Source of the DNA: an uncultured Defluviitaleaceae bacterium | GTDB lineage: Bacteria > Bacillota > Clostridia > Lachnospirales > WRBF01 | Length of the DNA: 64,000 nt | NCBI GenBank assembly: GCA_964468805.1 | Contig: CAYXWM010000001.1 | Location: 3,508 to 67,507, forward strand | Direction: 5' to 3' | Part shown: positions 60,967-64,000 of the stretch, in pieces | Layout: each line of letters starts with the position of its first letter | Position numbering within the stretch: position 1 is the stretch's first letter | Notes under the pieces: model-generated | The model's input: the letters and a program-made list of their open reading frames with translations, nothing else | What the model was told of the DNA's origin: nothing | Databases searched by the model: none | Made by a program: the position numbers and the translations under genes

Positions 60967-62133
60967 TTGGATAATAAAAGGTATTATATTACCATAAACA
61001 GAAAAAGGGACTTTGACAGAGCATTTTTGCACAGGCTGGTTTCAAATAAGCATTCTATAGTCTATAAACCCGAAGAAACAGACGATTTGAACCTTTTTTC
61101 CGAAAGTTATTACATAAGCTTGTCTATAGACGGAAGAAGCGAAAGGTTTTTCTGGGACAGGATTCTTCTGGATATAATACTGCCGCAAAACGCTTCATTT
61201 ACGGTTTCGGCATATGCTTCCGACAAAACCGTTGTATACACAACCGATATAAACGGCGAAGAACAACTCATTGATTTAGATGAATATTTATCGGATGAAA
61301 ATATTGATGCAAGAGAAAAATTACAATTCACGTCCCGTCTTTTCAAAGATATATTCTCCAATGCCTGCGATGGTTATATAAATCTGAAAGGCAGATATAT
61401 TTGGCTACGTTTAGCCTTTGTCATGACAAACGCCGATGAACTTGAAATTCGCAAGATTAAGCTTCTTGCGGCAAAGGAACGAATAACGGACTATCTTCCC
61501 GAAATTTATAGGAAAGACAGTGCTGAAAATGATTTCTTTAAAAGGTTTATGGCTATATTCGACAATATATTCTTTGACATAGAAAATAAAGTCGACCTTA
61601 TGGGAAAAACAATGGATTTTGAATATGCAGAAGGCGACCTCTTAAAATACCTGGCGATGTTTATCGGTATTAATGACATAAATAATTTGGATGATGAGGG
61701 CATCAGGGACTTAATCCGCTATTCTGCTGAAGGTTTTTCCTATATAGGCACAAAAAAGGGAATAGAAGACACAGTATTTCGCCTGTTGGGCGAAATCCCA
61801 AATATAATAGAACACTTTGAAATTCAAAAAATGTTAACAAGCGGAAAAGACAAGGAGCTTTACAAGAAACTTTTCGGCGATAATGCACACAGGTTTTTTA
61901 TAATGGTTTCAGAAAAATCAATATTAAAGCTGGGAAAAGATTATGGTGCAATGGTCAGAAGGATAGAAAAAGTAATTCCTGCCGGTACATGTTTTGAAAT
62001 GATAATTTTAAGGCCAAGAGCAGTTTTGAATCACCATTCCTACCTGGGCGTAAACTCCTGCGTTACGGATTATAAGGGTGCAACGCTGGATACTGAAGGT
62101 TCTGTGTCATACGGGACTTTTATTGGAGGGTAA
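60967..62133 (+). CDS. Phage tail protein I-like (P2 gpI/wedge) protein
   Basis: YLPEIYR, FFKRFMAIF, L.YLA, GTKKGI, IPAGT. Confidence 0.82.
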   Translation: MDNKRYYITINRKRDFDRAFLHRLVSNKHSIVYKPEETDDLNLFSESYYISLSIDGRSERFFWDRILLDIILPQNASFTVSAYASDKTVVYTTDINGEEQLIDLDEYLSDENIDAREKLQFTSRLFKDIFSNACDGYINLKGRYIWLRLAFVMTNADELEIRKIKLLAAKERITDYLPEIYRKDSAENDFFKRFMAIFDNIFFDIENKVDLMGKTMDFEYAEGDLLKYLAMFIGINDINNLDDEGIRDLIRYSAEGFSYIGTKKGIEDTVFRLLGEIPNIIEHFEIQKMLTSGKDKELYKKLFGDNAHRFFIMVSEKSILKLGKDYGAMVRRIEKVIPAGTCFEMIILRPRAVLNHHSYLGVNSCVTDYKGATLDTEGSVSYGTFIGG

Positions 62134-62136
62134 ACA

Positions 62137-63948
62137 ATGAAAAACAAGACTTTCTTCCCTTTCGAGAGAAATCGTTACTTTTATGGAAAAATGCTGACGG
62201 CAAGGGATCTTGAGACTGAACAAAGGTACTTTAACGATAAAAGAAGAACTGTAAATAAAGCTGTTTTTGGCGTAGGGATAGTAACCGGTCTGGGTACTTA
62301 TATAAACGATGAATCTTCTGTTTCGGTTGAATCGGGCTTGGCTTTTGATTATACAGGCAGAGAGATAGTGGTAGATACTTCTCCGGTAAAAAAGATAATG
62401 GCAATAGAAGGTTATGATACACTGGCCGGTTCAGAACAATGTTATTTATGTCTATCATACAATGAAACCGACAGAGAACCGGTAAGTGCCATAGGTATAA
62501 GGGACAGAGAAAGCGATGAATTCAATAAAATCCGCGAAAACTACAGACTCTATCTTGATAATTCAACCCCTAATTTTGCTGCAATATATGAGGACAGCGG
62601 AAGGAATTACGTTGATATTGTTTATAACACAGACGATTTGGTTGTTGTCCAGATTCTTCCCAAGATTGCTGTTGTAGATAGAGATTTTATTGTAGGTTAC
62701 ATTGCGGTTAAAAATATAAGCAAGCCGGCTCTGGGTTTGAAAATTTCCTTTGAATCGGATTATCTGGGAGTAGACACAGGAGAAACTGTTGGGCTAAGTT
62801 ATAACGAAAACGACAAAGACAGGCAAGGAGTAATTAAGACTTTTTTCCCGCTTACCGTTAAAGGGTCTTCGGATACACAAATTCCTTGGTCCAAAACTCC
62901 CGTAAAAATAACTGTGACTATGGGCGACACAAGTAAAACCGTGGATTTTTCCACAGTGCGAAACATTAATATTTGCAGGACAACCGAAGAGGCAGAGCGT
63001 TTTTACAATATGAGAATAAGCAGCCTTAACGAAATTTACTCCGGAGATGAAACTCCAATATATCTTGCTAAAATCGATTATGGAGAAGCCGGCTCCATAC
63101 ATGTATTGAGGAAAGTATTTTCGCATCCCTTTGACCAATATATTAATAAATCCGGGTATGAACAAAATCTCCATACAAGCCCAAACAGTAGTTTTGCAGT
63201 GGAGAGAGCGGAATCTTCCATAAAAATGCTTGACTATTGGCAGAAACCGGAGGTTGATGTAAATTACGACCCAAAGTCAAAAAGTCTTGCTTTTAATTTT
63301 TGGATGCCCTCCTTAGAAGCATATGATTATGCCACTTCTTCGGGTATGCTTAAAATACCCCTAACAGGAGTAATTAAGGTTAATTCCAGGTTTTTTTCAG
63401 ATGATTTGCCTCATAATCTTGGAGTGGGCGATGTTTCCCTTACCCTTTCGGCTGAATTTGATTCTGACGAAGGCGGCTCAGAGGGAGATAGAAAACTTCT
63501 TTTCGGCAACGGAGAAGTTTTTGCGAAATCCGGATACAAATCCGTTCCTAAAGTAGAACTGGCAGCAGTTTTAAATCCTGAAAAGGGAACCTTTAAAGTG
63601 GGGGTTTGGTGTAAGGACTTTGTACCCGGCAGAGAGCTGACGGTAAAATGGTTTGCATATAAACCAACCAGAGACTCTGCGTCCACGGTTAAATTTACTA
63701 AGCCTACCATAAAAATTATCCCCGAAATGAAGAAAATTAAGGTTCGTGAACAGGTATCCTTTAAAGCGGATGTTCAGGGGACACCTGACAAAAACGTAAT
63801 TTGGGAAGTAAAAGATACAGATGGCGGAGTAATAGATTCAAAAGGTGTTTACCGTGCACCCAGTATTCCCGGCATTTATGAGATTACTTCAAGGAGCAGT
63901 GCAGATACGGATGTATATTCAAGTGCGTTTGTTATAGTGGAAGAATAG
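62137..63948 (+). CDS. Afp13-like fibre/baseplate-attached protein with C-terminal Ig-like domain
   Basis: FERNRYFYGKMLT.RD...EQ.Y, G.GIV.GL, GLAFD..GREIVV; C-terminal V.W......G.ID..GVY.AP. Confidence 0.75.
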   Translation: MKNKTFFPFERNRYFYGKMLTARDLETEQRYFNDKRRTVNKAVFGVGIVTGLGTYINDESSVSVESGLAFDYTGREIVVDTSPVKKIMAIEGYDTLAGSEQCYLCLSYNETDREPVSAIGIRDRESDEFNKIRENYRLYLDNSTPNFAAIYEDSGRNYVDIVYNTDDLVVVQILPKIAVVDRDFIVGYIAVKNISKPALGLKISFESDYLGVDTGETVGLSYNENDKDRQGVIKTFFPLTVKGSSDTQIPWSKTPVKITVTMGDTSKTVDFSTVRNINICRTTEEAERFYNMRISSLNEIYSGDETPIYLAKIDYGEAGSIHVLRKVFSHPFDQYINKSGYEQNLHTSPNSSFAVERAESSIKMLDYWQKPEVDVNYDPKSKSLAFNFWMPSLEAYDYATSSGMLKIPLTGVIKVNSRFFSDDLPHNLGVGDVSLTLSAEFDSDEGGSEGDRKLLFGNGEVFAKSGYKSVPKVELAAVLNPEKGTFKVGVWCKDFVPGRELTVKWFAYKPTRDSASTVKFTKPTIKIIPEMKKIKVREQVSFKADVQGTPDKNVIWEVKDTDGGVIDSKGVYRAPSIPGIYEITSRSSADTDVYSSAFVIVEE

Positions 63949-63957
63949 GTGAGTAAT

Positions 63958-64000
63958 ATGCAGACACTTTTATGCGGAGGCAGGTATAAAAAAATTGAGT
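63958..64000 (+). CDS. Start of next gene (truncated by window end)
   Basis: AGGTGAG RBS then ATG; frame open to the end (MQTLLCGGRYKKIE). Confidence 0.55.
   Translation, partial: MQTLLCGGRYKKIE

Noticed and set aside
37072-64000. Prophage or R-type tailocin
   Set aside because: No capsid, portal, terminase, integrase or replication genes in the window; Afp15-like ATPase and DUF4157 point to eCIS
41258-64000. Type VI secretion system
   Set aside because: No TssJLM/TssK or ClpV; single-gene sheath; monoderm host

Overview
AT-rich chromosome segment from a spore-forming clostridial Firmicute (Ger receptor operon, SLH proteins, DapL pathway). Positions 1-24.4 kb are mostly housekeeping: LytTR end, GNAT, glnA-dapF-dapL, trkH, asparagine synthetase, gerKA/KB/KC-type operon, PPi-type PFK, phosphoglucomutase, MarR plus heterodimeric ABC exporter, hydrolase and XRE regulator. 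Positions 24.5-36.8 kb are an accessory zone with gene remnants, a 1911-aa SLH-anchored papain-like protease, a recombinase remnant, arr, a surface protein and a large XRE regulator. From 37.1 kb to the window end is a co-directional extracellular contractile injection system (eCIS; Afp/PVC-like) locus: DUF4157 cargo, three accessory genes, AAA ATPase, sheath, two tubes, tail chaperone, a 1613-aa repeat protein, LysM tube initiator, split hub/spike, gp25, two baseplate-J proteins, gpI-like and Afp13-like proteins. It has no capsid genes. Main highlights: (1) a P2-like T-TTT-TTG slippery site that would fuse the tail chaperone by -1 frameshift to a start-less DUF6760-like ORF absent from the ORF track; (2) a DUF4157 cargo whose C-terminal part resembles a Trp1/His14 Zn phospholipase C/P1-nuclease-type zymogen and which may start at ATT; (3) several MITE-like repeat families. 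All family assignments come from motif recognition by eye, not database searches.
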